Below the pieces are notes generated by a model. That model worked only from the letters and a program-made list of their open reading frames with translations. It was not told the origin of the DNA and searched no databases. A DNA stretch of 64,000 nucleotides, taken from assembly GCA_937896905.1 (NCBI GenBank), contig CALBOE010000009.1, positions 43,122 through 107,121 on the forward strand, given 5' to 3'. Within the stretch, counting starts at the first letter, position 1, and every line of letters begins with the position of its first letter. A program made the position numbers and the translations under genes. Source of the stretch: an uncultured Clostridia bacterium (GTDB taxonomy: Bacteria > Bacillota > Clostridia > Christensenellales > UBA1242). Below are positions 36,954 to 45,938 of the stretch, in pieces.

Positions 36954-38430
36954 CATTTTAATTTCTTTAATAAACGCTTGCTTTTCGGTTAAATTTTTGC
37001 ACGTGTTTCAACTGAAAAACTACTCTGCAATTAGATATTTAAGTTTTTTCTGCGGTGCAAAAAGCGTCTATTTTTTAGTTAATTCACTCGTCTTACTTTT
37101 ACAATTTGTTTTCCCTTTTGAAATTTTCTTTTTGTGTTGTGTTATATTTCTACTTTTGTTTAACTTTGCTTTTAATTTAACATTAATAAAAAGCAAAAAA
37201 ACACCTTTGGTATTTACAGCAAAAATAGTTAGATTGCTTGTGGTGTGCGTTGCTATTTGTTTTGTTCCTTTTCCACTAAAATTTGGCTGTTTTATTTCTA
37301 ATATATTACTTCTATTTGCCCCAATTTTAGCAAATTTTTTGAATGTTTACGACACCTTTAAAAATCGCCATTTCATTAAACAAGCAAGCAAAATGATTAA
37401 GGGGAAAAACATTAAAATTATTGCAATAACAGGTAGCAATGGAAAAACCAGCATTAAAAACATTCTTTTTGAAATGTTAAAGGAAAACTACGTTGTTCAA
37501 GCAAGCCCGCATAGTTATAACACCCCGCTTGGCATTAGCAAATTTATTAACAATGGACTTAAAGATGATTGCCAAATATTAATTTTAGAATACGGCGCAC
37601 GAAAAAAAGGAGACATTAAAAACCTTTGCCAAACTTTTGGTGCGGATTACGGCGTTATTTCAACTGTTGCACCACAGCATTTGCAAACATTTAAAACTGT
37701 GGAAAATGTTTACATTGCAAAAAAAGAATTATCTAACCACTTAAACAACAAACCTTGTGTGTTTAACTTAGACAATTTATACACTCTAAGAATGTTTAAT
37801 CAGCACCCTAAAAATGCACTTTCAGCATCTATTTTTGCAAAAGCGGACGTCTTTGCAACCAACATTAAAATTAAAAACACACAAACTTATTTTAATTTAC
37901 ATTTTAACAATCAAGTTTTGCCTTGCCAAACGGTGTTGTTAGGCGAACATAACATTCAAAATATTACCATTTCGGCGTGCTTGGCACACCATTTAGGTGT
38001 TCCTTTAGATAAAATAAAAACAGCAATTTCCAACCTTAAATTTGTTCCACATAGGCTTGAGCTGATAAAGGGCGCTATGAATATTTTAGACGACACCTAT
38101 AATTGTTCTCTACTTAGCGCACAACAATCTATTAAGGTGTTAAACAAGTTTTCCGGCAAAAAAATGATTATAACCCCGGGCATAATTGAGGGTGGCAAAC
38201 ATCAGTTTAATATAAACAAACACCTTGGCGAAATGTGCGTTGCCGATTGGGTTGTTATTGTTGGAAATTTAAATAAAAAAGCCATTCTTTGTGGATTAAA
38301 TTCTCAAGGTTTGAACACAAAAAAAATATTGTTTGCACCAACTTTAAACGATGCAAAACAATATTATAAACTTCTTAATTCTAACGATACCTTGCTATTT
38401 TTAAACGACCTGCCAGACGATTATTGTTGA
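36937..38430 (+). CDS. murF: MurF-like Mur ligase (UDP-MurNAc-tripeptide--D-Ala-D-Ala ligase) with hydrophobic N-terminal region in place of domain 1
   Basis: Central and C-terminal Mur-ligase domains (ITGSNGKTS, EYGARKKGD, PHRLE, DDTYNCS, TPGIIEGG). The first ~150 aa are four or so hydrophobic segments and carry no DSR/UDP-binding block. Adjacent to ddl. Confidence 0.7.
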   Translation: MTLLINILISLINACFSVKFLHVFQLKNYSAIRYLSFFCGAKSVYFLVNSLVLLLQFVFPFEIFFLCCVIFLLLFNFAFNLTLIKSKKTPLVFTAKIVRLLVVCVAICFVPFPLKFGCFISNILLLFAPILANFLNVYDTFKNRHFIKQASKMIKGKNIKIIAITGSNGKTSIKNILFEMLKENYVVQASPHSYNTPLGISKFINNGLKDDCQILILEYGARKKGDIKNLCQTFGADYGVISTVAPQHLQTFKTVENVYIAKKELSNHLNNKPCVFNLDNLYTLRMFNQHPKNALSASIFAKADVFATNIKIKNTQTYFNLHFNNQVLPCQTVLLGEHNIQNITISACLAHHLGVPLDKIKTAISNLKFVPHRLELIKGAMNILDDTYNCSLLSAQQSIKVLNKFSGKKMIITPGIIEGGKHQFNINKHLGEMCVADWVVIVGNLNKKAILCGLNSQGLNTKKILFAPTLNDAKQYYKLLNSNDTLLFLNDLPDDYC

Positions 38431-39470
38431 ACAAACTTAAACATTTCTAATGCCGTTGAACCGTCTGCATAATAGTTTTTACGCTCTCTTCTAAGCATAA
38501 ATCCCATTTTATCGTACAACAAATAAGCGGTTATGTTTTGCTTGCTGACCTCCAAACTTAAAACCTCAATGTTGCACTCTTTTGCAAAATCTTCTGCTGC
38601 GTCTATTAGTTTGGTGCCAATCCCCTTGTTGCGATATTCTCTTTTAACGGCTATGTTAACAATGTTAATTTCGTCGGTTTTTTGCAAAATAACAAATCCA
38701 ACAACCTCTCCTTCTGCCTTTGCAACAAATGTTACGTAGTTTTTATCCATAAGCCAAGAGTTAATGTCTTGCTGGGTTAAAGCGTTGCTTAGTTCACTGC
38801 TCTTTTCAATTTCAAAAATGGCACGTAAATCCTGCACTTTTGCTTCTTCAATTATAATTTCTGTACGTTTAAGTTTTTCATTTTCCGCTTGCGAAAGTTG
38901 ATAGTAAACCGGCGTTAAGCTTTCATCTTGGCTAACGTTTAAACATTCTATTAGCGTTTCCGCATCAAACTTAACAACTGCACAATTAATCAAATCGTCT
39001 TGCTTGAACATTGCCACGTTTCCGCCACCAGAAATGCGGTTTAATTCTGCCAAAGTTAGGTTGAGTTCATATTTATAGAAAACGCCATTAATAAGCGTTG
39101 CAACGAAATAACTATCCTTGCTGCCCAAAATTGCCACAGTTGAAACATCTTCAAATTGTTTGTTGGCTAACGCAAATAAAAAATCTAAATTATTAATTCC
39201 TTTTGCTTTAACATTTAACGCATCTCTAAACGCCTTGATAGTTGCAATTCCAACCCTAATCCCCGTAAAAGAACCGGGTCCAACAACGCAGCCAAATTCT
39301 TTAATGTCGCCAATTTCCAAACCGTTGGCTTTAAGAATTTCGTCAATTGCCGGCAACATAGTTTCATTGTGGTGCATTTTAGAATTTATGGTGTGTGAAA
39401 AAACTTCGTTTTGCTTTAACAAAACGATGTTTAGTTCTTCATTTGCAGTATTAATTATCAGTTTATTCAT
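38421..39470 (-). CDS. fusion protein: tRNA t6A protein TsaB (N-terminal) + ribosomal-protein-alanine N-acetyltransferase RimI (C-terminal)
   Basis: TsaB block VVGPGSFTGIRVGIATIKAF. GNAT block VGFVILQ...IAVKREYRNKGIGTKLI...LEVSKQNITAYLLYDKMGF. Start at ATG 39470 (MNKLIINTA), overlapping the tsaE stop (ATGAATAA). Confidence 0.8.
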   Translation of the reverse strand: MNKLIINTANEELNIVLLKQNEVFSHTINSKMHHNETMLPAIDEILKANGLEIGDIKEFGCVVGPGSFTGIRVGIATIKAFRDALNVKAKGINNLDFLFALANKQFEDVSTVAILGSKDSYFVATLINGVFYKYELNLTLAELNRISGGGNVAMFKQDDLINCAVVKFDAETLIECLNVSQDESLTPVYYQLSQAENEKLKRTEIIIEEAKVQDLRAIFEIEKSSELSNALTQQDINSWLMDKNYVTFVAKAEGEVVGFVILQKTDEINIVNIAVKREYRNKGIGTKLIDAAEDFAKECNIEVLSLEVSKQNITAYLLYDKMGFMLRRERKNYYADGSTALEMFKFVQQ

Positions 39471-39876
39471 ATAGTATTTCAAATTCTCGTTCAACTTCGC
39501 CAGTTTTTGTTATATTAACTTTAATTGTGTTATTTGGAAGAAGTGGTAAAATTGTTTCGCTCCATTCTATAAAAATAACACTATTTTTATCGCCTAAAAT
39601 TTCGTCGAACCCTGCCTCTATGGCTTCTTCGGTTGTTATTCTATATGTGTCGAAGTGGTGCAAAACAAACTTGCCGGAATAACTTTTTAAAATGGCAAAA
39701 GTAGGACTAGAAACAATATCCTTAACCCCCAAACTTTCAAACACATATTTTGTAAATGTGGTTTTGCCTGCACCTAAATCGCCATTCAATAAAACAACAT
39801 CTCCAACCTTTAACGTTTTTGCAAAATCTTCTGCAAGTTTTTTTGTTTGTTCAAGTGAAGCTATTTGTTGTTTCAT
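39463..39876 (-). CDS. tsaE: tRNA t6A ATPase TsaE
   Basis: LNGDLGAGKTTFTK Walker A, SPTFA and HFDTYR blocks. Confidence 0.88.
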   Translation of the reverse strand: MKQQIASLEQTKKLAEDFAKTLKVGDVVLLNGDLGAGKTTFTKYVFESLGVKDIVSSPTFAILKSYSGKFVLHHFDTYRITTEEAIEAGFDEILGDKNSVIFIEWSETILPLLPNNTIKVNITKTGEVEREFEILYE

Positions 39877-41141
39877 TATCTAATAACCTTTCTAATTACG
39901 TCAACTGGTGCAATTTTGGACTTTGTTAAACGAACACAACCTAAAATGGCACGTTCATATCTTTCAAAATCTTCATCATCTTTATAGTAAAAGGATAATA
40001 TAGGATCGCCAACCTTAATATAGTCCCCCACCTTGGCATGCAAAACAACACCAATGTTAGAATCGTGAGTTTCGGCACAAAGACGTCTAATTAATTCACC
40101 CAAAATTAAAGAGTTAATTGCCCCAACATATCCTTCGCTATTGCTTATAATATTCTTAGATTTATATGGCACAAACAATCTTCCATTTTTTATAACACTA
40201 ACCTTACCACCTTGCAAACGAACAATATCTAAAAACTTGTTATATGCCATGCCCGAATCTAAGGCGTTAGCAACCATATCGTATGCATCTTTTGAGTGTA
40301 TTCTGTTGTTGGTTTTGGTGATTAATTCAACAGCATAATCCGAAGCAATATCCCTTAACAAACATTTCTTTCCCTGCAAAACATACAAGGCGTCTACCAC
40401 TTCCAAGGCATTACCCACTGCTGAGCCTATCATTTGTGCAGTATCTGTTATAACTATTGTGCTTTTAACATTGCAAGCATTAAACACAAATTTTAAAATT
40501 TTGCTCATTTTCATTGCGTTGCCAAAACTTTTAATAACTGCTGCTGGGCCGTATTTAACGTCAACCAAAACCACAGTGGCACCACTTGCTAGTTTTTTGC
40601 TTGCAATAGAAGCAGCAAGCAAATTAATGTCGCCTTCAAGTCCACATTTTTCCATAATTTCGAATAAGTATCTATCTGCAGGGCAATGCAAGCCGTTATG
40701 CGACAACACACAAGCGTTTGTTTCGTCTAGCAATTTTGTAACTTCGTCGTCATTGAATTTTACAGCAAATTTTGGAATAGAACCAAATCTATCCGCACTG
40801 CCATTAGTGTAGGTTAAAGATTTGCCTGTGTTTTTAACAATCTTATAACCCAAACTAGCCAAAAGTGGAATAATAACCAAACTTGTGCTATCCCCCACGC
40901 CACCAGTGGAATGTTTTTCAAAAACAGTGCCATCATATTTAACAACTTTACCGCTATCTCTCATTGCAAGCGCTAAATATAAAACTTCTTTTTTGCTCAT
41001 GCCAAAAGAGTGTAAGGCCATAAAAAACTTTACACTGTTTGAATCTGCACCATTTTTCATTAAATACGTAACAGCGTCATACATTTGTTGTTTATTAAGT
41101 GGAATTCCACTTGCTTTTTGAAAAATTAAATCATTCAACAT
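39876..41141 (-). CDS. pdp: pyrimidine-nucleoside (thymidine) phosphorylase
   Basis: KHSTGGVGD phosphate-binding motif; 421-aa family-typical length and C-terminal domain. Confidence 0.85.
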   Translation of the reverse strand: MLNDLIFQKASGIPLNKQQMYDAVTYLMKNGADSNSVKFFMALHSFGMSKKEVLYLALAMRDSGKVVKYDGTVFEKHSTGGVGDSTSLVIIPLLASLGYKIVKNTGKSLTYTNGSADRFGSIPKFAVKFNDDEVTKLLDETNACVLSHNGLHCPADRYLFEIMEKCGLEGDINLLAASIASKKLASGATVVLVDVKYGPAAVIKSFGNAMKMSKILKFVFNACNVKSTIVITDTAQMIGSAVGNALEVVDALYVLQGKKCLLRDIASDYAVELITKTNNRIHSKDAYDMVANALDSGMAYNKFLDIVRLQGGKVSVIKNGRLFVPYKSKNIISNSEGYVGAINSLILGELIRRLCAETHDSNIGVVLHAKVGDYIKVGDPILSFYYKDDEDFERYERAILGCVRLTKSKIAPVDVIRKVIR

Positions 41142-41242
41142 AGCAACCTCTACAATAATTTTATTATTTATAAATTATTTTGTCAAACAAAAAATAGTTT
41201 TAATTGAATGTTTAAAAATTTTAATCTGTCAATAATTATTAC

Positions 41243-42040
41243 ATGTCAAAATTCAAAACAATCAATGTGTTAGATAAACTTTTCATTACTGTTTGCGTTT
41301 TTCTTGTTATTTATGCGTGGATAAATTTTTATTTAAGAAATCTTTGGGCAACCTTCATTTTAAGTTTAATTTTTAGTTTTGCTTGTGTTTATGTGTTATT
41401 CTTTTTTATAGAACGAAACGCAAACAAAAAATTAAAAAGCAAAAAAACGGCAGAAGAAATTGAAAAAACATTTTTAGCATATCGCCTGCTTAGCAAGCCA
41501 AAAAAATTAAACCTTATAAAAAGCATTTTGGAACTAGAACAACCCGCACAAATTAGTGGTGAAGTTTTACGCTTTGTAAAAAATGAAAAACGAATTATGT
41601 TGGTTGACAAAACAGAGATTGAAAAATTTTCTAACAACAATTTAATTAATCTTTTAAGTGAGTTGCCAGAAGATTTTAATGAGCTTCACATTTTATGCCA
41701 AAACTATGAAAGTGGAATAAAAAATGAAATTTTTAAAGAAAAAACCATAAAATTATATGAAAAAACGGAAATTTTTAATGTTTTTTTTGAAAAAAATAAA
41801 ATTTTTCCAGAAACCGCCGCACTCAACTTAACCAAGCAAAAGTTGAAGTTTAGTGAAATTTTGAGATTGTTTTTTCAGCCTAACAAATCAAAAGGTTACT
41901 TTTTTTGTGGGTTAATTTTGCTGTTTAGCAGCATCATATTGCCATACCAAATTTATTATAGAATTTTTGGAACGGCTCTTATGTTAATGAGTGTTGCCTG
42001 CAAAATCATTCCCAAACTGAAATTCAAAAATTTTGGTTAG
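41243..42040 (+). CDS. hypothetical membrane protein (2 N-terminal + 2 C-terminal TM helices around a soluble core)
   Basis: ORF with clear hydrophobic segments at both ends. No recognised motif. Its 3' end overlaps the convergent desulfurase gene by 57 nt. Confidence 0.45.
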   Translation: MSKFKTINVLDKLFITVCVFLVIYAWINFYLRNLWATFILSLIFSFACVYVLFFFIERNANKKLKSKKTAEEIEKTFLAYRLLSKPKKLNLIKSILELEQPAQISGEVLRFVKNEKRIMLVDKTEIEKFSNNNLINLLSELPEDFNELHILCQNYESGIKNEIFKEKTIKLYEKTEIFNVFFEKNKIFPETAALNLTKQKLKFSEILRLFFQPNKSKGYFFCGLILLFSSIILPYQIYYRIFGTALMLMSVACKIIPKLKFKNFG

Positions 42041-43135
42041 TGCAACAATAAGTTTATCTATTTCTTCAAATGTGTTGTTAAAATCTAAACTGGCCCTAAC
42101 CGCACCAGTTTTTAGTGTTCCTAATCTCTTGTGAACCTGTGGTGCACAGTGCAAACCCGGGCGCACGCAAATGTTAAATTTTTCGTCTAACAAGTTTGCA
42201 ACAAGCGTAGAGTCTAAACCGTCAACATTAAACGAAACAACATTTTTAGACTTTTCTGTGGAATAAATTTTTATAAAGTTCGAAACTTTTAACTTTTTTA
42301 TTAAATATTTAGTTAATAATTCTTCTTTTTTTAAAATTTCATTAAAATTCCTTTGTAAAAACTCAACTCCTTCGTTTAGTGATACTATCGACATTGTTGG
42401 AAGTGTTCCGCTTTCATAACCCTCCGGATAGTCGGTTGGTTGAACCAAGCTTTCACTTTCTGTTCCCGTTCCGCCACACAATAAAGGTTGCAAGGTTAAA
42501 CCCTTTTTCACCATAAGTCCACCAACTCCCGTTAACGCCAACAATCCTTTATGTCCAGAAAATGCAAGCATATCAATATTGCTTTGCATCAAATCAACCC
42601 TTGTGTGCCCGCATGCTTGTGCCGCATCAACCAAATATATTATGTTGTGCCTTTTACAAATCTTCCCCACTTTTTTAACATCACATTCTTCGCCTGTAAC
42701 ATTAGAAATGTAAGTTGTTATAATCATTTTTGTGTTGGATTTTATTTTTGTTTCCACTTCATGCGCAAAGTTCTCTATGCTTGCATTTAAAATTGTGACC
42801 TCTACATCATTTTGCTCCATCTTATTCAGCGTTCGTAAAACTGAATTATGCTCGTAGCAAGTTGTTATAATATGGTCACCCGTTTTAACAATCCCTAAAA
42901 TTGCCAAATTTATTGCTTCGGTGCAATTTTTAGTGAACACAACATTATGGTTTGGTGCATTGAAAAAGTTTTTTAATCTTTCACGTGTTTCATAAACTAA
43001 CGCGTCCACCTGTTGCGATGGCTTGTGTGCACTTCTGCCAGGGTTGGCGGTTAAATTATTTATGGCATTAACAACCGCATTTTTTACCTGTTGCGGCTTG
43101 TAAAATGAGGTTGCAGAATTATCTAAATATATCAT
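41984..43135 (-). CDS. class V aminotransferase-fold cysteine desulfurase family protein
   Basis: PLP-lysine block FSGHKGL; DAAQACGH; IYLDNSATS start. Confidence 0.85.
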   Translation of the reverse strand: MIYLDNSATSFYKPQQVKNAVVNAINNLTANPGRSAHKPSQQVDALVYETRERLKNFFNAPNHNVVFTKNCTEAINLAILGIVKTGDHIITTCYEHNSVLRTLNKMEQNDVEVTILNASIENFAHEVETKIKSNTKMIITTYISNVTGEECDVKKVGKICKRHNIIYLVDAAQACGHTRVDLMQSNIDMLAFSGHKGLLALTGVGGLMVKKGLTLQPLLCGGTGTESESLVQPTDYPEGYESGTLPTMSIVSLNEGVEFLQRNFNEILKKEELLTKYLIKKLKVSNFIKIYSTEKSKNVVSFNVDGLDSTLVANLLDEKFNICVRPGLHCAPQVHKRLGTLKTGAVRASLDFNNTFEEIDKLIVALTKIFEFQFGNDFAGNTH

Positions 43136-43180
43136 ATAACAAGTTATGAAAAATTTTTATATGATGTTATAGAGGCAACT

Positions 43181-43441
43181 ATGAAATTCTTAATTATATC
43201 CTATAAAAGCAGAAACAATCTTTTTGCCATAACGCAAACACTAAAAAAACTTGGCGTTATAGTTTCTATTATAAACACACCCCGCAACATATCTATAAGT
43301 TGTGGGCTTAGCGCAAAAACAGATGTTAAAAACTTGTCACTTGTAACTAACATAATTAAGCAATCTGGAATGGGCGGATTTTTAGGTGCATATATAATAA
43401 GTTTTATTAATGGCCACGAACAAATTGAACGCGTGCTTTGA
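43181..43441 (+). CDS. DUF3343-like (putative S/Se carrier) protein
   Basis: 86 aa with TPRNISISCGLSAK, matching the P-x-x-(I/L)-S-x-x-CG-x-A core of DUF3343. Divergent from the cysteine desulfurase. Confidence 0.6.
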   Translation: MKFLIISYKSRNNLFAITQTLKKLGVIVSIINTPRNISISCGLSAKTDVKNLSLVTNIIKQSGMGGFLGAYIISFINGHEQIERVL

Positions 43442-43458
43442 AGATTTTAATTTTAACA

Positions 43459-43487
43459 TTGACTATTTCCTTTTTATTTGCTATAAT
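43459..43487 (+). promoter_or_regulatory. near-consensus sigma-A promoter placing the TSS at the nth start codon (leaderless candidate)
   Basis: TTGACT (43459-64), 17 nt, TATAAT (43482-87), then 6 nt (AACACG) and ATG at 43494. No SD. Confidence 0.5.
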
Positions 43488-43493
43488 AACACG

Positions 43494-44123
43494 ATGTCTA
43501 AAATTGATAAGATTTTATGTTGTTTAGATGAGTTTTACCCCAACCCACAATGTGCGTTAAATTTTTCTTCGCCTTACGAATTGTTAGTTGCCGTTATTTT
43601 GTCAGCTCAATGCACAGATAAACGCGTAAACGTGGTTACCGAACAACTGTTTAAACTTGCAAACACGCCAGAGCAAATGTTAAGTTTGGGGGAAGAAAAA
43701 CTTAAACAAATCATTCATTCTTGTGGATTTTATAACAACAAATCTAAATCAATAATTAGTGCCAGCAATGACCTAATAACAAGATTTGGCGGTGTTGTGC
43801 CATCTAGTTTGGAAGAATTAACATCTCTTGCAGGTGTTGGAAGAAAAACTGCCAATGTTGTTATTTCTGTTGCGTTTGGCGGACAAACCATTGCGGTTGA
43901 CACCCACGTTCATCGTGTTTCCAAAAGATTGGGACTAGCAAATGCAACGTCAACCCCTTATGAATGTGAAAAAAGTTTGCTTAAAGTTGTTCCTAAAAAC
44001 AGAAGAAGCAAATTTCACCATCAAGTAATTTGGTTTGGGCGCGAACATTGCAAAGCCATAAATCCAAATTGCCTAAACTGCAAACTTAAAGGCATTTGCA
44101 ATCACAAAACAAAAACGAATTAA
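43494..44123 (+). CDS. nth: endonuclease III
   Basis: ILSAQCTDKRVN, HhH-GPD (LPGVGRKTANVV-like: LAGVGRKTANVV) and the C-terminal 4Fe-4S cluster CKAINPNCLNCKLKGIC. Confidence 0.9.
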   Translation: MSKIDKILCCLDEFYPNPQCALNFSSPYELLVAVILSAQCTDKRVNVVTEQLFKLANTPEQMLSLGEEKLKQIIHSCGFYNNKSKSIISASNDLITRFGGVVPSSLEELTSLAGVGRKTANVVISVAFGGQTIAVDTHVHRVSKRLGLANATSTPYECEKSLLKVVPKNRRSKFHHQVIWFGREHCKAINPNCLNCKLKGICNHKTKTN

Positions 44124-44169
44124 TTGCTTTTTGAATTAATTAATGATAAACTTATATATAGAGGAAATT

Positions 44170-45438
44170 ATGAATAACGATAAAGTTAAAATTACAATTA
44201 AATCTGGTAACGGCGGAAGCGGAAAAGTTAGCTTCCACAGGGAAAAATATGTTGAAAAAGGCGGCCCGGATGGTGGCGATGGCGGAAATGGCGGCTCCGT
44301 ATTTTTTGTTGCAGATGCCTCTAAGAACACATTAATCGACTTCCAGTATGTTAAAAAATTTGAGGCCGAAAATGGTTCGGGCGGAATGGGAAGATTGCAA
44401 CACGGCAAAGACGGCAAGGATATTTACATTAAAGTTCCTTGTGGAACCATAATTAAAGATGCCGAAACCGACCAAGTTTTAGCAGATATGTATGAAGATA
44501 AGCAGGTTTATATGGCACTTGCCGGCGGAAGAGGCGGAAAAGGAAACAACTTTTTCAAATCTCCCACTCGCCAATCCCCACGCTTTAGCCAACTTGGCGA
44601 AACCACTGATTACTACAAAGTTATTCTAGAATTAAAAACAATCGCCGACGTGGCACTTGTTGGAAAACCAAATGTTGGTAAATCCACCCTACTAAGCGTG
44701 ATTTCTAATGCCAAACCAAAAATTGCCGACTATGAGTTCACTACCCTTAGCCCAAACTTAGGCGTTGTTAAAATTTATAACGACAGTTTTGTTGTGGCAG
44801 ACATTCCAGGGTTAATAAACGGTGCAAGCGAAGGCGCAGGTTTGGGCCACGAATTTTTAGCACACATTGAAAGAACAAGATTGGTTGTTCATGTTATTGA
44901 CGCATCTGGATATTATGGAAACGACATTGTTGACGACTATTTAACCATTAATAACGAACTTAAAAAGTATAACGAAAAATTGGCAGGGTTGCCTCAAATT
45001 GTTGCGTTTACAAAATTAGACCTTGTTGAAGATATTAACGAAAAAATCAACTACTTCCGTAGCAAAATTAAAGACGATGTTGAAATTGTTCCAATTAGCT
45101 CTGTAACCAGAAAAAATGTTGATAACCTTATTAAAAAAGTTTACGCAAAACTTTCAACACTTCCAAAGCCTAAGCCAATGCCAATTGAACAAGTGCAACT
45201 AGAAAAGAAAGATACCACAAGTGTAAAAATTGATATGATTGAACCTCATGTTTACGAACTTTCTGGCGGATACCTTAATAACTTGCAGCGTGGCATTGTG
45301 TTTAATGATACTCAATCGCTTGCCTACTTCCAAATGAGGTTGGAAAAAGACGGCATTATGGACAAACTTAAAGAAGCTGGAGTTCAAGATGGCGACACAA
45401 TAATTTTTGGAAGCTTGCAATACGAAATTTATTTTTAG
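44170..45438 (+). CDS. obg: GTPase Obg/CgtA
   Basis: Gly-rich Obg fold (GGPDGGDGGNGGSV), G domain (GKPNVGKSTLLS, DIPGLI, TKLD) and C-terminal OCT domain. Start at ATG 44170 behind AGAGGA. Confidence 0.93.
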   Translation: MNNDKVKITIKSGNGGSGKVSFHREKYVEKGGPDGGDGGNGGSVFFVADASKNTLIDFQYVKKFEAENGSGGMGRLQHGKDGKDIYIKVPCGTIIKDAETDQVLADMYEDKQVYMALAGGRGGKGNNFFKSPTRQSPRFSQLGETTDYYKVILELKTIADVALVGKPNVGKSTLLSVISNAKPKIADYEFTTLSPNLGVVKIYNDSFVVADIPGLINGASEGAGLGHEFLAHIERTRLVVHVIDASGYYGNDIVDDYLTINNELKKYNEKLAGLPQIVAFTKLDLVEDINEKINYFRSKIKDDVEIVPISSVTRKNVDNLIKKVYAKLSTLPKPKPMPIEQVQLEKKDTTSVKIDMIEPHVYELSGGYLNNLQRGIVFNDTQSLAYFQMRLEKDGIMDKLKEAGVQDGDTIIFGSLQYEIYF

Positions 45439-45447
45439 GAGAAACTT

Positions 45448-45741
45448 ATGTTAACAAAAAAAGAACGAATATTTTTAAGAAGCCAAGCCAGCACAATGAA
45501 GCCCATTGTTTGGGTTGGCAAAGATGGCTTTACCGAAGCTGTTTTAAAACAAATTTCTGATGAACTTTTTAACCACGAATTAATTAAAATTTCCATGCAG
45601 GAAAACTGTTCTCAACCTAGCGATTTTCAGCTTACAGAAATGGCCGTTAAATTAGGCGCTGAAGTGGTTACAGTGATTGGAAGAAAAATTGTTCTATACA
45701 AACACAGTGAAAAGAAAAATATTAAGCATATTCTTGCTTAA
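45448..45741 (+). CDS. yhbY: YhbY-family (CRM domain) RNA-binding protein
   Basis: LRSQASTMKPIVWVGKDGFTEAVLKQISDELFNHELIKI matches the YhbY core. Confidence 0.85.
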   Translation: MLTKKERIFLRSQASTMKPIVWVGKDGFTEAVLKQISDELFNHELIKISMQENCSQPSDFQLTEMAVKLGAEVVTVIGRKIVLYKHSEKKNIKHILA

Positions 45742-45938
45742 TATTTTTTTAACCTTACACAAAAATTAAAAAGGACATAAACTATATGATGTTTTTAAAA
45801 TAAATAATTAATTTAATAAAATATAAAAACTGTAAAAATTTATATAAAATTGATATTTTTCAATTAAAATTATTATTTTTATGCGTTTTTATGTCGTTTT
45901 TAATTAATTTTTATTATTTTTTATTCGATTGCATTTAA

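Noticed and set aside
41290-41300. DnaA-box-like CGTGGATAA, a possible origin signal.
   Set aside because: It is a single imperfect box inside a coding region. There is no cluster of boxes, no AT-rich unwinding element next to it, and no dnaA or dnaN nearby.
41984-42040. 57-nt convergent overlap between the membrane-protein gene and the cysteine desulfurase gene, as a possible antisense-regulation feature or frameshift.
   Set aside because: Both reading frames are open and plausible to their stops, and there is no sign of disruption. Convergent 3' overlaps occur in compact genomes. Noted but not considered significant without expression data.
44136-44417. 93-aa Pro/Ser-rich ORF on the minus strand.
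   Set aside because: It is the antisense shadow of the Gly-rich Obg fold (GGN/GGC codons read as Pro/Ser on the other strand). It has no RBS and lies fully inside obg.
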